Shown here: positions 10,355-21,289 of the stretch, piece after piece
Numbering within the stretch: position 1 is the stretch's first letter
Layout of the letters: every line of letters starts with the position of its first letter
Sequence record: PZ386953.1
Reading direction: 5' to 3' (one strand)
From: a phage
DNA length: 64,000 bases
Position numbers and translations under genes: made by a program
Notes under the pieces: model-generated
Told to the model about the DNA's origin: nothing
Databases searched by the model: none
Seen by the model: only the letters and a program-made list of their open reading frames with translations

Positions 10355-12100
10355 ATGGCGCAAGACATGACAAGCTTTGAGCAGGCGGTAGATCAAGTAA
10401 TTGTTGATTCTGAACGTTTGCACCTGATTGTCAACGGTAACGCTGTGGATGAGGTTGTCGTAGAGGATGGGACCACCATCCCTACGGTACGAAAAGCCAT
10501 GCTTGACACCCTTTATTTTAAAACGCCGCCGATCCCTTGGGCGTATGGTGCATCCACAACAGTTTTTAACCAGCTATATGAGTTTAAAGGGGACACAGGG
10601 CCCCAGTGGTGGTACGCTCCCGCAGCATCAAAATCTAACCCGGTTAGAATGCCAGCAGATCCTTCACAATCCCCAAACTGGAGATTATATACTGACTCTG
10701 CAGTAATGGCAAAATACTATGCAAAACTTAACAGCCCAAGGTTCGAAGGTGACCCGCGAGTACCTACACCTCCAATGGACGATAAGTCAGAGTCTATAGC
10801 AAACACAGAGTTTGTTGTTGACTATGTTGATAGTATATTTAAAGCCATGGAGGGGATGAAAGTTACTGTAGGATCTTTGGTGGTGAAAGGTCTTACAGAA
10901 CTCGCTAACACCATAGTTGGTGGCACCCTTACCTTACATGGACCTGTTAATGGGGCAGATTCTACTGCACGCTTTAGGAATCTAATCCTCACGGCAAATA
11001 CTTCTACACTTACTTTTGCGTGGAGCGATCCTAAGCATGCAGACTGGAGAAGTACAGAGCTGCAACCTCATGAAGTGTCCACCCACAGGGTTATAGCTGA
11101 CACTATAACTTCTGGGAAACCAGTGGCTAATAATAACGATGTACATTTTGATGGTCTGGGTAATAACTTTTTTGACTACGTGTACATTCGTGGTAATGCC
11201 ATGAAGGCAGCAACCGAACCGACATTGCAGGTCGATGGGACCACCAGGGTTAAGAACCTTGAGGTGACAGGTACCGTTACAGGGATAACCTACTCTGTTG
11301 ATGGCACCATGATCTACCCTAGCTATATTGAAAGCACGGGCGATGCATTGATAAACGGCGATTTGGAGGTTGGCGGGTCTGTAGTTATCCGAGGTACAGC
11401 CTCTATCCAAAATATAGCTCTGAATACTTTAAGAGTCAATGAGCGTGCAACTTTTGAAGGAGAAGGGCTTACAGCCAATAAAGGTACAATTACTGAGCTG
11501 ACCACCACCACTTTAACTGCAACAACTGCAAACTCTGAAAACTGCAACATTACCAGAAACTTGCAGGTAAATGGAGATGTTAGTTTAAACGCCGCAGGGA
11601 CTGGCACCACCTACCTTCACAATCTTGAAATATCCGGCACAGTGACCGGATGGCTGCCAGACTTCTCTAATGTCAACTTTGTCTGTAATGGTATTAACTC
11701 CAGTGGTAAGATAACCACCTCTCAAGAAATTGAGGCTGGTAAAACCATCACTGCCCCTACTTTCCACGCAGGGAAGGTAGATTTCGATTTAGAGGAGGTT
11801 GACGCGTCCAGTGGGACATGGACACCTAACGGGCAGGCCAGTATGTATGTTGTCCACGCTAAAGGGGATTTTACAATAGGGCAGTGGCCTGGGACATCAG
11901 CGGAAGATAAACCTTATCCATTTACTGCGGTTATCTATGTAATTCAGGATGCTGTAGGTCACAACGTGACTTTGCACGATAAGTATGCTATCCTGTCGGC
12001 AACACCTGTTATTAACAACAAGGCTAACAGTGTTACCTTGCTGCAATTAACGTATTGTGGTGTTGGTGATATCGTAGATGTAGTAATTGCACAACGTTAA
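10355..12100 (+). CDS. tail fibre / tailspike-like protein
   Basis: 581 aa, G/T/N-rich repetitive beta-type sequence; AAGGAGA RBS; terminator follows. Confidence 0.45.
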   Translation: MAQDMTSFEQAVDQVIVDSERLHLIVNGNAVDEVVVEDGTTIPTVRKAMLDTLYFKTPPIPWAYGASTTVFNQLYEFKGDTGPQWWYAPAASKSNPVRMPADPSQSPNWRLYTDSAVMAKYYAKLNSPRFEGDPRVPTPPMDDKSESIANTEFVVDYVDSIFKAMEGMKVTVGSLVVKGLTELANTIVGGTLTLHGPVNGADSTARFRNLILTANTSTLTFAWSDPKHADWRSTELQPHEVSTHRVIADTITSGKPVANNNDVHFDGLGNNFFDYVYIRGNAMKAATEPTLQVDGTTRVKNLEVTGTVTGITYSVDGTMIYPSYIESTGDALINGDLEVGGSVVIRGTASIQNIALNTLRVNERATFEGEGLTANKGTITELTTTTLTATTANSENCNITRNLQVNGDVSLNAAGTGTTYLHNLEISGTVTGWLPDFSNVNFVCNGINSSGKITTSQEIEAGKTITAPTFHAGKVDFDLEEVDASSGTWTPNGQASMYVVHAKGDFTIGQWPGTSAEDKPYPFTAVIYVIQDAVGHNVTLHDKYAILSATPVINNKANSVTLLQLTYCGVGDIVDVVIAQR

Positions 12101-12107
12101 TATATCT

Positions 12108-12136
12108 AACCGCTCCTGACGGGGCGGTTTTCTTAT
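12108..12136 (+). terminator. intrinsic terminator
   Basis: AACCGCTCC-TGAC-GGGGCGGTT hairpin then TTCTTATC. Confidence 0.6.
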
Positions 12137-12148
12137 CTGGAGAACACA

Positions 12149-15100
12149 ATGCTTCCAATCCCTTTGCTAAAACTTGGTCGTCATTTCCTCGATAAGAGGG
12201 GTGGAATTAAGGAACTTGCTGTTCTGTCATACCCAATAGACAACAGTGATGGTACAAGCAATACAGTATCCTATGTAAATAGCTTAGCTATACTTTTTGA
12301 TGATGGTCAGCTTAATATTACTGGTTATAATAGGTTCGGAGAGTGTCGGACTGGAGATCTTGATACAATAAACTATCCTAATGAGGCAGCTTGGAACGTA
12401 GACCATGTTTGGAGAGCTGACCGTGCATTTGTAATCCGCACATTCGATAATAAATTTTTCTATATTGGTTGCACAGCTGGTCTTATCGGATCGGAGGCAG
12501 CAGGTGGAAACGATGTTTGTGTCAGAGAGTGGACACCTTTGCCGGAACAGATCGTAACAGGGTTGCATTTGGACACCCATCCTGAGAGACTTGTTGAAGT
12601 AATGGGTGGCGTAAACAATACAGTGTGGGTAATTGCTGCACCAGAGGCTGATGGTATGCTTCACCTGTACGGCTCTGGCAATAATACTTACGGCTCTCTT
12701 CATGTTGACAAAAATCAACACGCTACTCCAGTTAAGATTGGTGAAACATCTGAAAGTCCAGAGACAGGTCCTTGGAAAAACCCAAGAATTAATTGTGAAG
12801 TTCATGACAACTCGGTTATTTTTGGTGGTCCTAACGGATTCTGGATTGCAGGTTACGATTTCTTAAGAAATAACAGCAAAAACACACTAATTTATCCAGC
12901 CGAGCATGCGACTCTTGACCAGTTTAAAGGCATCTCGGTGGGCGAGACATGGAAAGGGTTTATGTGTGGACCTAATGGTGCAATTATAGCCACAGAAAGG
13001 ATGCACAAACCTGATGACCAACAGCTTGTTAATGTGTTTTATGGTCAGGATGTTTGGGGTGACGACACGTGGAGAAGCCTTAACATCACCTATACCCATG
13101 AAGTAATTATGGCTCGCGGGTACGGGACTAGTGGAATTTTCTTCAATAATGGTACAAAACAGTACCGTGGTTTCTCCAGAAACCTGTGTAACGATATTGG
13201 TGCTCAATCTGCTAATAATAATCCTAGGGCCAATTTTATTCATTACAGAGCGCTGGCAACAGCTAAGTTTGTTGAACAGACAGAGCCAGTAAGCTGGACA
13301 GAAAGCGTTTATTTTCAAGGGATCCACAGGGAAGGTTTCTTAGGCACATTCTGTGTGGTAAATGGAAAGCTTTGGTGGTCAGGTATCCCAAGGGGCAGTT
13401 TTTCAGGCTCTAATAACCTGTTCGGCGGCAGACTTAACAGCCAAGGGTTCACAGAGATTCCTGAGAATTGGTATAAAAATGTTCCGGTAGATAGCTGGAG
13501 TATCGAAGACATCTTTGATGTCAATGGTGTAAGCAGTGTTAGCAATATATACATTGGCGACACTGTCAAAATGAAGTTGAAACCTCAACCGGAGGGTGCT
13601 ACGTTCATTATTGACAAGATTGAGCTCGTGAACGCTGCAGGTACTGTTGTTACAGATGCAAACTATCAGTTCTCTACTAGCTGGAACCATGGCGGTGCTA
13701 ACGAGGTTGTGGTTACCCAGCATAACCGTAACATCAACAGACGCGGTCTGTATTCTGTCAAGATCACCTATCATGATAAACATGGCGCTGGAAGAACCCA
13801 CACCACACGAAACTTAAACTGGAACATTGTAGTTCCTGCATATCCGTCAGACGGCAAATGGCACACTGTTGGCAGGAAGAAACAGTTCCATGTAAACGAT
13901 ACTGTATACTTTGGGCTTAACGGCTCTCAGCCTGCTCCAGAAAGCGATACAGCATATATGGTTAGGCTTCACAGGCAAGATGCCGGATCTACCACGTATG
14001 ATGTGACCCAGGAGATCTACGACCAGAGACGCAGTATCTATGACAATCTTGTGAAAACACAAGCCTTGTGGGAGTTCAACCCTAACGGCAAAGGCGGGAA
14101 GATGCTGCAGGTTAACGAGCAGAACGGAACATCGTTAACAGTGCACGAGCATGCTGATCCATGGCCTGATCCTGGTAAGCCTAACCCAGGTGCTCGCACA
14201 CTGAAAGTTGTTAGCCACAACGCAGGGTATTTCGGGATACGTTGGGAAGCTACAGTAAAATATGTTGATGGAACAACAAACAATATAGGTATTACTCTGG
14301 GTGGTACCAGTGAAGATAGTTCTCTGAAAATTGCCTACACCCCTAGAGGCATCTCTATTGACAATATGGATATAGTTCGTAACGGTTACGGTGATGTAAA
14401 CATCAAAGTTACCCTCGGTGAACATCTTGGTGGAGAAAGGATCATCATGTATGCCTTTGACCATGATCCTCGCACCAATGGAACCTATGCAAATCAGGCG
14501 TGGAGTTACCTGATAAATGCACCTGAGCCAAATACTAAAGAGTTTTATTATGGTATGAAGCGCGATGTGTGCAAGAAAACAGGAACACATGACTGGATCG
14601 CTATCTGCGTTAAAGATGAGCGGACAGCTTGGGACGAGCCTGTTAACAGATGGTTCATAGGAATCCCAACCAGAAGTGATAAATATGTCACAGAATATAT
14701 TGTGTGCATGGGCGGCACCAACCTGAACCTGTGTTGGAACGAAGATGCAAACAAATATTCCGATTATGACTATATGAGAGATATCTCTTGTAATCAGTGG
14801 TTTAACCAGACTACAGGTTACCCTCCGCGTCAGGCGAGAGTAAACCCTGCAATCTTCACAGATACGCAGGTTTTCTTGACAAAACAGGCCAACGAGGTTC
14901 AGACCTTCAAGAACAAATACGACCCTAACAAGTGGTTTTATAACTGTTATGGCGCATTTTTCTGGGGTCCGGGGGAACTACCTAACGGGGGATCTTGCTT
15001 CGAGGCTGCAACCTATGGCAGCGACTATATTATGGGGCAAGTCAAGAAATACAAAATGATCCCTGGTCCTGAAACCCTGGGTAATGCTGTTGACCCGTAT

Positions 15101-17785
15101 ATAGTCTTCTCGTCTGTCCATGCAAATATGAACGGAGAGAAGTATCCGTTCGACGTTCCGGTAGCCAATGGATACAGACGTGTCGTGATGATCATTAAGT
15201 GCGACCTGATAGGTAAGCAAGTTCCTGCTGAAAACGGAACATCAACACACCCGTTTGAAATTGCTCTGCACTACCAATTTGCAGATTCTCCTTTTGCAGG
15301 GGATAAGAGAATATCTGATACAGATGCACAGCGTTGTAAGAAGGTATTGTTAGGTGCTGGATGGTGGTGGTATGAGTTTGACTTGACAGACAAACTCACA
15401 GACAACACAAAAACTCTTACAGGTATTCGTCTGGACCTTGGTGAAAACATGCACAAAAGTGTCTGCGATGGCACCTATGGTGATCCTACAGTACACTTGA
15501 AATATGTTTCTCTTGAGCATCCGGAGGAAACTGTTATTGGCCCCAAACTGAGACTGTTTGGCAGCTGGATTGCTAAAGACAGAGTAGGAATGGGTAAAAA
15601 GGTAAGAGGATTCCTGATGGATGCGGGGACAGAAGACATGCTGGTTAATGCAGTGTGGCCTACTCTAGAGGGAACCGACTACAACAATGCTGCAAGATCT
15701 GTCAACTGGTTTAACATCCACAGAGCCATGTGGACTACCAACTGCTATTTGTGGAGAGAGCTTAACGATAATGCCTTCGGCTTCAGCAATGGCAGAAGGA
15801 TGGCTATCATTTGCTGGACAACACTGCAACGTTGCTATGACCACAACTATGAAATAGGTGGTAGAGCGTGGAAAGACACCAGGGATAGAATTGTGTACAA
15901 CTTTGCAGACGACAACGGTGGTGGAGCGTATAACTTCGGCACAAGCAGACTTATCCACTTAAACGGATCCTCGGCCTACAAGAAAGAAGGTTACTCTGGA
16001 TCCATGATTGAGTGGGGTCTGGTAAAAGATGCTCGCGTATTGATGGGCCAACAACTTGCTGCTGCAATAGGTCCTAACGCAGTGCAATCTGTTAAACCAG
16101 CGTGGTTCGATATTCCATTGTGGTCATCCGGCACACCAGGGACTGCTGCAATCAATCCTACCACGGGAGATCTGGAAATCTCTTGGGAAGACTTGAAGCA
16201 GGTTGGGGGCTGGGATAAGACAGGGTATCAGGTGCAGTGGTGGAAATCTGACGGATCGTTAGCAGCTGATGAGTTTGTTAAGGACAATTTCTACACCATG
16301 TCCTCTGCAAAAGCACAGGAATTGTTCGGTCAGGCAACTCCGTCAACGATCACCATGTCCATGTGCTGTAAAGACAACAGGACTGGAGCTTTGGGGCCAA
16401 GGGTTGCTAAGGTTTTCTCAGGTATTAAATGGAATCCCTCTGTTCAAAGTGTTTCATGGAAGCAAATAGGTGATAACAAGCTGCTAGTTACCCCCGCCTG
16501 TCAGTTCAACGCAACTCTTAACGTTGATCCTGCTGCTGCGGCAAACTCAGCTAAAGCTTCTGACTTCTCTGTGTCTAACACTGCTATGGCAGATGTGAGG
16601 AAGATTGACACACTGAACGCCAGAATTACCTGTAAAAACACTTATGGCACATTCCAAATCATCAACAACTTCACAGATGCTGATTCTAAGGTAGTGAGGA
16701 CAGCAAGCCAGACTCTGAGTTTAGGAACTCTGGCCTATGCGGCCCTGATCACCGAACAGTCGGCAACACTCCAAGGAGGTGGTGTAGGCAAGTCCATTAC
16801 AACACCTGTGTGGAAGCCAAATGAGTGGGTTGTGTTTGATTTGACTGTGGACTTCTCCAGCGATAATAACTGGACATGGGTAAGGAATTGCTTGTCACAA
16901 CTGATGGGTGGTCCAAGCTCCGTTAGTGATAGCTACGACTCCACTGACCCGAGTGTGTTTCAGGTGGGTAAAACTCACCCGGAGACTGGAGCAACGTTGC
17001 CTGACAGGAAGTATGCTTTGGTTTGCATCTCTTACGGGAAGGCAGATGTCACCTTCTCAGGGACACACACTTATAACGGAACCTACAACTTCTCAAGGAA
17101 GTATAGTCTCAAAGCAGGGAACATTATAGACGAGGTTGGTGTGCTGTATAATCCGGGCAACGGCATAGGGATTGTGGGTGGTAAACTGCAGATGCAGGAA
17201 CCTTCTATTACCCCTTCCAACGTATCCGGGATTAGAAAGACTTGGGAAAGTAGTAATACCAACATTGCAACAGTGGATGCCACCACAGGACTGGTAACAT
17301 TTAAAGCTACTGGGAATGTCACCATAAAGTTTGTAGTTACAGATGATGCAGGGCGCAAAACGTCTTCAACATCTTTTACTGTCAAACAGATGGCACCACA
17401 GTGGAGAATGTGGATAGGTACAGCAACAAACGGGGCATACCCTAATCCGGCAGGTACTTCTGGTATGAAGACTTTCTCTACAAGCAAACCGATGGAGTAC
17501 GGCAGCGGTCCTAAGGTAGGGCAGATGGTGTACTTTGGTGCGTATATTCCTGAAATTATAGGGCTTCCGAGAAGTCAGCTTCAGTTGCTGTTTGGGGCTG
17601 GTGTTGACGATCTTGCCACTTTCGGGTATAGCGACAACATCGAGGCTGCAAGGAGTTCAGGATGGGTAGGGTTCAGAATGGAGTCTGGAAAGGAAGGCAG
17701 GATTCTAGGGACAGCCTCTATAGGTGTTATGTTCCCTGGTGACCAGCAGTATCGTCTAGAAGCCTACGCAACCTTTTCTCGTTAA
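12149..17785 (+). CDS. giant virion protein with Ig-like segment
   Basis: 1878-aa ORF; Ig-like (Big_2-type) stretch near C-terminus (VTFKATGNVTIKFVVTDDAGRKTS); bidirectional terminator follows. Confidence 0.5.
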   Translation: MLPIPLLKLGRHFLDKRGGIKELAVLSYPIDNSDGTSNTVSYVNSLAILFDDGQLNITGYNRFGECRTGDLDTINYPNEAAWNVDHVWRADRAFVIRTFDNKFFYIGCTAGLIGSEAAGGNDVCVREWTPLPEQIVTGLHLDTHPERLVEVMGGVNNTVWVIAAPEADGMLHLYGSGNNTYGSLHVDKNQHATPVKIGETSESPETGPWKNPRINCEVHDNSVIFGGPNGFWIAGYDFLRNNSKNTLIYPAEHATLDQFKGISVGETWKGFMCGPNGAIIATERMHKPDDQQLVNVFYGQDVWGDDTWRSLNITYTHEVIMARGYGTSGIFFNNGTKQYRGFSRNLCNDIGAQSANNNPRANFIHYRALATAKFVEQTEPVSWTESVYFQGIHREGFLGTFCVVNGKLWWSGIPRGSFSGSNNLFGGRLNSQGFTEIPENWYKNVPVDSWSIEDIFDVNGVSSVSNIYIGDTVKMKLKPQPEGATFIIDKIELVNAAGTVVTDANYQFSTSWNHGGANEVVVTQHNRNINRRGLYSVKITYHDKHGAGRTHTTRNLNWNIVVPAYPSDGKWHTVGRKKQFHVNDTVYFGLNGSQPAPESDTAYMVRLHRQDAGSTTYDVTQEIYDQRRSIYDNLVKTQALWEFNPNGKGGKMLQVNEQNGTSLTVHEHADPWPDPGKPNPGARTLKVVSHNAGYFGIRWEATVKYVDGTTNNIGITLGGTSEDSSLKIAYTPRGISIDNMDIVRNGYGDVNIKVTLGEHLGGERIIMYAFDHDPRTNGTYANQAWSYLINAPEPNTKEFYYGMKRDVCKKTGTHDWIAICVKDERTAWDEPVNRWFIGIPTRSDKYVTEYIVCMGGTNLNLCWNEDANKYSDYDYMRDISCNQWFNQTTGYPPRQARVNPAIFTDTQVFLTKQANEVQTFKNKYDPNKWFYNCYGAFFWGPGELPNGGSCFEAATYGSDYIMGQVKKYKMIPGPETLGNAVDPYIVFSSVHANMNGEKYPFDVPVANGYRRVVMIIKCDLIGKQVPAENGTSTHPFEIALHYQFADSPFAGDKRISDTDAQRCKKVLLGAGWWWYEFDLTDKLTDNTKTLTGIRLDLGENMHKSVCDGTYGDPTVHLKYVSLEHPEETVIGPKLRLFGSWIAKDRVGMGKKVRGFLMDAGTEDMLVNAVWPTLEGTDYNNAARSVNWFNIHRAMWTTNCYLWRELNDNAFGFSNGRRMAIICWTTLQRCYDHNYEIGGRAWKDTRDRIVYNFADDNGGGAYNFGTSRLIHLNGSSAYKKEGYSGSMIEWGLVKDARVLMGQQLAAAIGPNAVQSVKPAWFDIPLWSSGTPGTAAINPTTGDLEISWEDLKQVGGWDKTGYQVQWWKSDGSLAADEFVKDNFYTMSSAKAQELFGQATPSTITMSMCCKDNRTGALGPRVAKVFSGIKWNPSVQSVSWKQIGDNKLLVTPACQFNATLNVDPAAAANSAKASDFSVSNTAMADVRKIDTLNARITCKNTYGTFQIINNFTDADSKVVRTASQTLSLGTLAYAALITEQSATLQGGGVGKSITTPVWKPNEWVVFDLTVDFSSDNNWTWVRNCLSQLMGGPSSVSDSYDSTDPSVFQVGKTHPETGATLPDRKYALVCISYGKADVTFSGTHTYNGTYNFSRKYSLKAGNIIDEVGVLYNPGNGIGIVGGKLQMQEPSITPSNVSGIRKTWESSNTNIATVDATTGLVTFKATGNVTIKFVVTDDAGRKTSSTSFTVKQMAPQWRMWIGTATNGAYPNPAGTSGMKTFSTSKPMEYGSGPKVGQMVYFGAYIPEIIGLPRSQLQLLFGAGVDDLATFGYSDNIEAARSSGWVGFRMESGKEGRILGTASIGVMFPGDQQYRLEAYATFSR

Positions 17786-17794
17786 CAAGGGGGT

Positions 17795-17830
17795 AAATAA
17801 AAAGGGGCCAAACGGCCCCTTTCTTTTTAT
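17795..17830. terminator. bidirectional intrinsic terminator
   Basis: AGGGGCC-AAAC-GGCCCCT hairpin flanked by A-tract and T-tract between convergent genes. Confidence 0.7.
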
Positions 17831-17832
17831 AG

Positions 17833-18033
17833 TTAGTAATACTCCCAACATGCCCCATCTTCAGACGGCTTGACGCGCTTACCTTTATGGTCAACATAGG
17901 TATAGCCACAACCTTCACAAATAACAGGTGCTGCATAGCCTTCCTTCCACTGATCCTCAGTGATCAGACCTTCCAAATCTTTGCAGTCAAAGCCAAACAA
18001 CTCTTCAGAGCAATCTTTACAAAAATCAGCCAT
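17833..18033 (-). CDS. zinc-ribbon protein
   Basis: 66 aa with two CxxC pairs; starts just after the bidirectional terminator. Confidence 0.4.
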   Translation of the reverse strand: MADFCKDCSEELFGFDCKDLEGLITEDQWKEGYAAPVICEGCGYTYVDHKGKRVKPSEDGACWEYY

Positions 18034-18036
18034 TTC

Positions 18037-18444
18037 TCAGTCCTCGCATTTAACAAATTTTTCTATAGATCCACCAAGCACAGCTTGTTGTTTGATGGCA
18101 CTTTCTTCATCATAGTGGATAGACTTATGTTCCGTACCTCCAAACTTACCTGTGTGGAAGGTGTGCACCCAAATCTCTTTAGGAAGGTATTTATTCTCTT
18201 CCTCCACCAACTCCCACATACCCCACAAGTGATCTGTGATATCTCTGATGAAATATCCCTCGCCGAGGTTTGTATTCACACTGTAAGCTGATTCGTGATC
18301 TCCGCAAATATAACGGAAGGCAGTGTACTCTTTACCTGGTGTGAAGTGAGTATCCATTAGTATGGCTGTTAAAGAATAAGGGTCTCGAAAGCCCAAGAAC
18401 TTTAGTTTAACAATTTCGACATTTACATCTGCAAGATTATCCAT
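18037..18444 (-). CDS. hypothetical protein, weak metallophosphoesterase-like motifs
   Basis: ATG preceded by AGAGGAG on the - strand (tool start is 57 nt upstream); MDTH and GDHE motifs. Confidence 0.3.
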   Translation of the reverse strand: MDNLADVNVEIVKLKFLGFRDPYSLTAILMDTHFTPGKEYTAFRYICGDHESAYSVNTNLGEGYFIRDITDHLWGMWELVEEENKYLPKEIWVHTFHTGKFGGTEHKSIHYDEESAIKQQAVLGGSIEKFVKCED

Positions 18445-18605
18445 GACGATCTCCTCTGTTTGGTTGGTGAGAATTATATATAGATCTGGTGGTGGTGTCA
18501 AGCTTAATTTTAAGAGATCTGAGAGGGTATTTTATTCAGGAAGGCAATCGCACAGGGTGGAGAAATTTATGAAGGAACAGGCCTCGTTTGAGGCCTTAAA
18601 TTCTA

Positions 18606-18986
18606 TTATGACACTTTGACATAGCGCTCTGACAAAGCTGGGAAGCCAAAAGTAGTGCCGATACTACCATAGGCTATCCACCATTGGAGTTCATCGTGAC
18701 ACCATTTTCCGATCAGGAAGGTGCTGGGATAGCGGGTCAGTATTTTGGCATAAGCTTTAGGATCTACATCTTCTGGGATAATGATGCTTGGAATATCTTT
18801 GTTATGACCACAGCAGCAGTTTAGCGTTTTCAAACCTGCTGCCCACAAACTCATGATAGGCTTAGCCATACACTTATCAAGGCACACACGTTTTTTGCCG
18901 TCACGAAGATTTTTAGGCACATCAACGATAACATTTGGATGCTTGGCACCTTTCACTTTCCAATTATAGGATTTACACTTGCACAT
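18606..18986 (-). CDS. Cys/His-rich protein, possible HNH-type nuclease
   Basis: 126 aa, CKCK...CCCGHN cysteine cluster; GGAGA RBS. Confidence 0.3.
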   Translation of the reverse strand: MCKCKSYNWKVKGAKHPNVIVDVPKNLRDGKKRVCLDKCMAKPIMSLWAAGLKTLNCCCGHNKDIPSIIIPEDVDPKAYAKILTRYPSTFLIGKWCHDELQWWIAYGSIGTTFGFPALSERYVKVS

Positions 18987-19036
18987 TTAATCAGTCTCCG
19001 TCTAGAAAGCCGCACTATACGTTTTTGAGGTATACT

Positions 19037-19207
19037 TTACTTAAAGTCTTTATCACCTGCCACGATTGCATGAATCCACTCATTGTGATGCTCAATAGCG
19101 GTGAGATGTAACATGATGTAGTGATCGTCATTGCCAAACATGATATGATAGGCTTTGGCAGCATTTTGATATAACTTCCACATCAGGTAATGATATCTTC
19201 GCCTCAT
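19037..19207 (-). CDS. small hypothetical protein (56 aa)
   Basis: ORF fills the intergenic gap, GGAG about 9 nt upstream; below tool size cutoff. Confidence 0.25.
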   Translation of the reverse strand: MRRRYHYLMWKLYQNAAKAYHIMFGNDDHYIMLHLTAIEHHNEWIHAIVAGDKDFK

Positions 19208-19212
19208 GGCTC

Positions 19213-19683
19213 TTACTCCGGTTCAGGATCTGGGTAATCTTCAATAATAAAGGGCCATCCGTTCCGCTTAGCCTCAGACTTATACTCAATCTCCTTCATT
19301 GCAAACTCTAACTGATTCTTAGCCGGAATACATGCCGGAGAATCATCAATCCAGATATCTGGGTAGATATCAAACTGCGCCAGGTAGGCTGCCTTCTGAA
19401 CACCACCTGTGTAGAACACACCAACATCGAGCTCCTTGCGCCAATACTCAATGTCTACATTGTCTTGAGTAATGAATCGGAAAGTCACAAGGTAGACTGT
19501 CCACCCCTCCTTCTTCAGATCCCTGATCAGGCTGGAGAAGATGAAAGGGCTCGCATTAAACGTTCCATCAAAGTCGATGGCAATGATGTGCGTGCCGTGG
19601 CGAGTCTCATATGGATTGCTCGTGGTAAGATTGCTGTAATTAAAAGGGACTTCTTCCCCGCAGTAGCTGTAGTCCATATTCAC
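19213..19683 (-). CDS. HAD-superfamily phosphatase-like protein
   Basis: IAIDFDGT near the N-terminus matches HAD motif I (DxDGT). Confidence 0.45.
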   Translation of the reverse strand: MNMDYSYCGEEVPFNYSNLTTSNPYETRHGTHIIAIDFDGTFNASPFIFSSLIRDLKKEGWTVYLVTFRFITQDNVDIEYWRKELDVGVFYTGGVQKAAYLAQFDIYPDIWIDDSPACIPAKNQLEFAMKEIEYKSEAKRNGWPFIIEDYPDPEPE

Positions 19684-19955
19684 ACCTTCTCGTTGATAAA
19701 TTTACGGGCGGTTTGGTGAGTTGTTTCTGCTGTCTTCAGAATGATATTAATTTTATCGTCAAGATCATTCATCTCGGCAGTTAATTCAGGAATCTCTCCG
19801 GCATGCATGGTGAAATCATACATAGACATGCCCAAGATCTCATTGATGCGGCGGTTGCATTCTGCAGCACGCTGGTTCATTTTCCAAGCTAACACCAAAG
19901 CCTCCTGCGTAGCCTCTAGTGCAAAATCTAATACGTCGGCCTCTTCTTTCGTCAT
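19680..19955 (-). CDS. hypothetical protein
   Basis: 91-aa ORF, 4-nt overlap with downstream gene. Confidence 0.35.
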   Translation of the reverse strand: MTKEEADVLDFALEATQEALVLAWKMNQRAAECNRRINEILGMSMYDFTMHAGEIPELTAEMNDLDDKINIILKTAETTHQTARKFINEKV

Positions 19956-20012
19956 CTTAGTCTCTCCTGTTGTATTGTTGGTAGGTGTATGAATACCTTA
20001 TAACTCACCTTT

Positions 20013-20579
20013 TTATTCAAACTGCAATAGTAAGTCCACCACCGCGCTAGGTCTGTCAACAAATTCCCCAGGTCCACATGCCCACAGAGGGTATCCGTCT
20101 ACATACCGCCAAATCCAACCTGCAGTGTGGAGTTCGAGCAGGGCAGTACCGTCCTTACTGTCAACCACTCTTTCCCACAGTGTCGGGCAGCGAAGCTTGA
20201 GGATCGGATCCCCTCCCTTATACCCATCCATGTAGATACCCATTGCAAAGTTCAGCATCATCTTTTTGTGCACTGATCTTTTACTGAGGGTACTCATCAC
20301 TTCCTCTTTGTGAATGTTTGTAAGCTTCTCCTTGGCTACCCGCAGATCGTTGCAACCATTGTTCAGCAGATCTTCCAGACACTTGATCCGAAGGTCGTGA
20401 ATGTCTTTGTCGTGTACCGTTGGCACAGGGTCGTAGCGGTATAGCACTGTTGATACAAGGTTGCTCGGGTGTGGGTCTGACAGCAACCCATAACCCCAAT
20501 ACTCTTCTGTATCTGAAAGGACAAGACACCCAATGTCTCTGTCAAGCTTTCCTGTGTTGTAAGCCACATTGACCGCCAT
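20013..20579 (-). CDS. hypothetical protein
   Basis: 188-aa ORF in co-directional packed block. Confidence 0.4.
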   Translation of the reverse strand: MAVNVAYNTGKLDRDIGCLVLSDTEEYWGYGLLSDPHPSNLVSTVLYRYDPVPTVHDKDIHDLRIKCLEDLLNNGCNDLRVAKEKLTNIHKEEVMSTLSKRSVHKKMMLNFAMGIYMDGYKGGDPILKLRCPTLWERVVDSKDGTALLELHTAGWIWRYVDGYPLWACGPGEFVDRPSAVVDLLLQFE

Positions 20580-20581
20580 GA

Positions 20582-20827
20582 CTATAGCTCCACTAGCAAA
20601 GTGCTTTCAAAGTGCCGTTCATGCAAACCGTTGTAAGGGACCACTTCTACAACGCCATCACGGACATATGGGGCCATCATGGTGGTATAATCTCCAAACG
20701 GGTTGGTATTGTCACTAACCACAACCACCTTCTGCCCTTCCTTGGCAGAGTGCCAAATAGATCTGCACTTCATCAGGTGTTCGAGAGCTCCAGGTAAAAT
20801 TTTGTTACGTTCTTTACGGGTCTTCAT
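20582..20827 (-). CDS. hypothetical protein
   Basis: 81-aa ORF, 4-nt overlap with upstream gene. Confidence 0.35.
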   Translation of the reverse strand: MKTRKERNKILPGALEHLMKCRSIWHSAKEGQKVVVVSDNTNPFGDYTTMMAPYVRDGVVEVVPYNGLHERHFESTLLVEL

Positions 20828-21273
20828 AGCAGGTATAGCTCCTTATGAAAGTGATCTTTTAATTTCTCACTGAGAAACCTCTTGATACCTTCCTCTAAAG
20901 TGTTTTCGATGTAGTCCAGCTTAACTGCTTCGATGGACATATCATAGATTGCCAGCTCTAAGCTGTCAAGTCCCATCATAGCATGAACCATAAGATTTTC
21001 ATCTTCAGATACATTCAGGGGACTTCCTATAACATCTGGAGGCAGAATAGTTTCCCAATTATTCTGGGTGGTAGTTCTCCCGCCATCTACTTTACGGCGC
21101 AGTTCGAATGTGTTCTTAGTGTAGAACACTTCATAAGAAACGATACGACTGTCACTCTCATAATAAACGAAGTTCAGGTAGGAGCCTAGCCGCAGTCGGC
21201 AAACTTCCACCCCAAACCATTGTTTCTTATAAGAATTCAGGCTAATGCTGTCGCATTCACGTTTGCTCAACAC
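20824..21273 (-). CDS. hypothetical protein
   Basis: 149-aa ORF. Confidence 0.35.
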   Translation of the reverse strand: MLSKRECDSISLNSYKKQWFGVEVCRLRLGSYLNFVYYESDSRIVSYEVFYTKNTFELRRKVDGGRTTTQNNWETILPPDVIGSPLNVSEDENLMVHAMMGLDSLELAIYDMSIEAVKLDYIENTLEEGIKRFLSEKLKDHFHKELYLL

Positions 21274-21289
21274 GGCTATCTCCTTTTTG

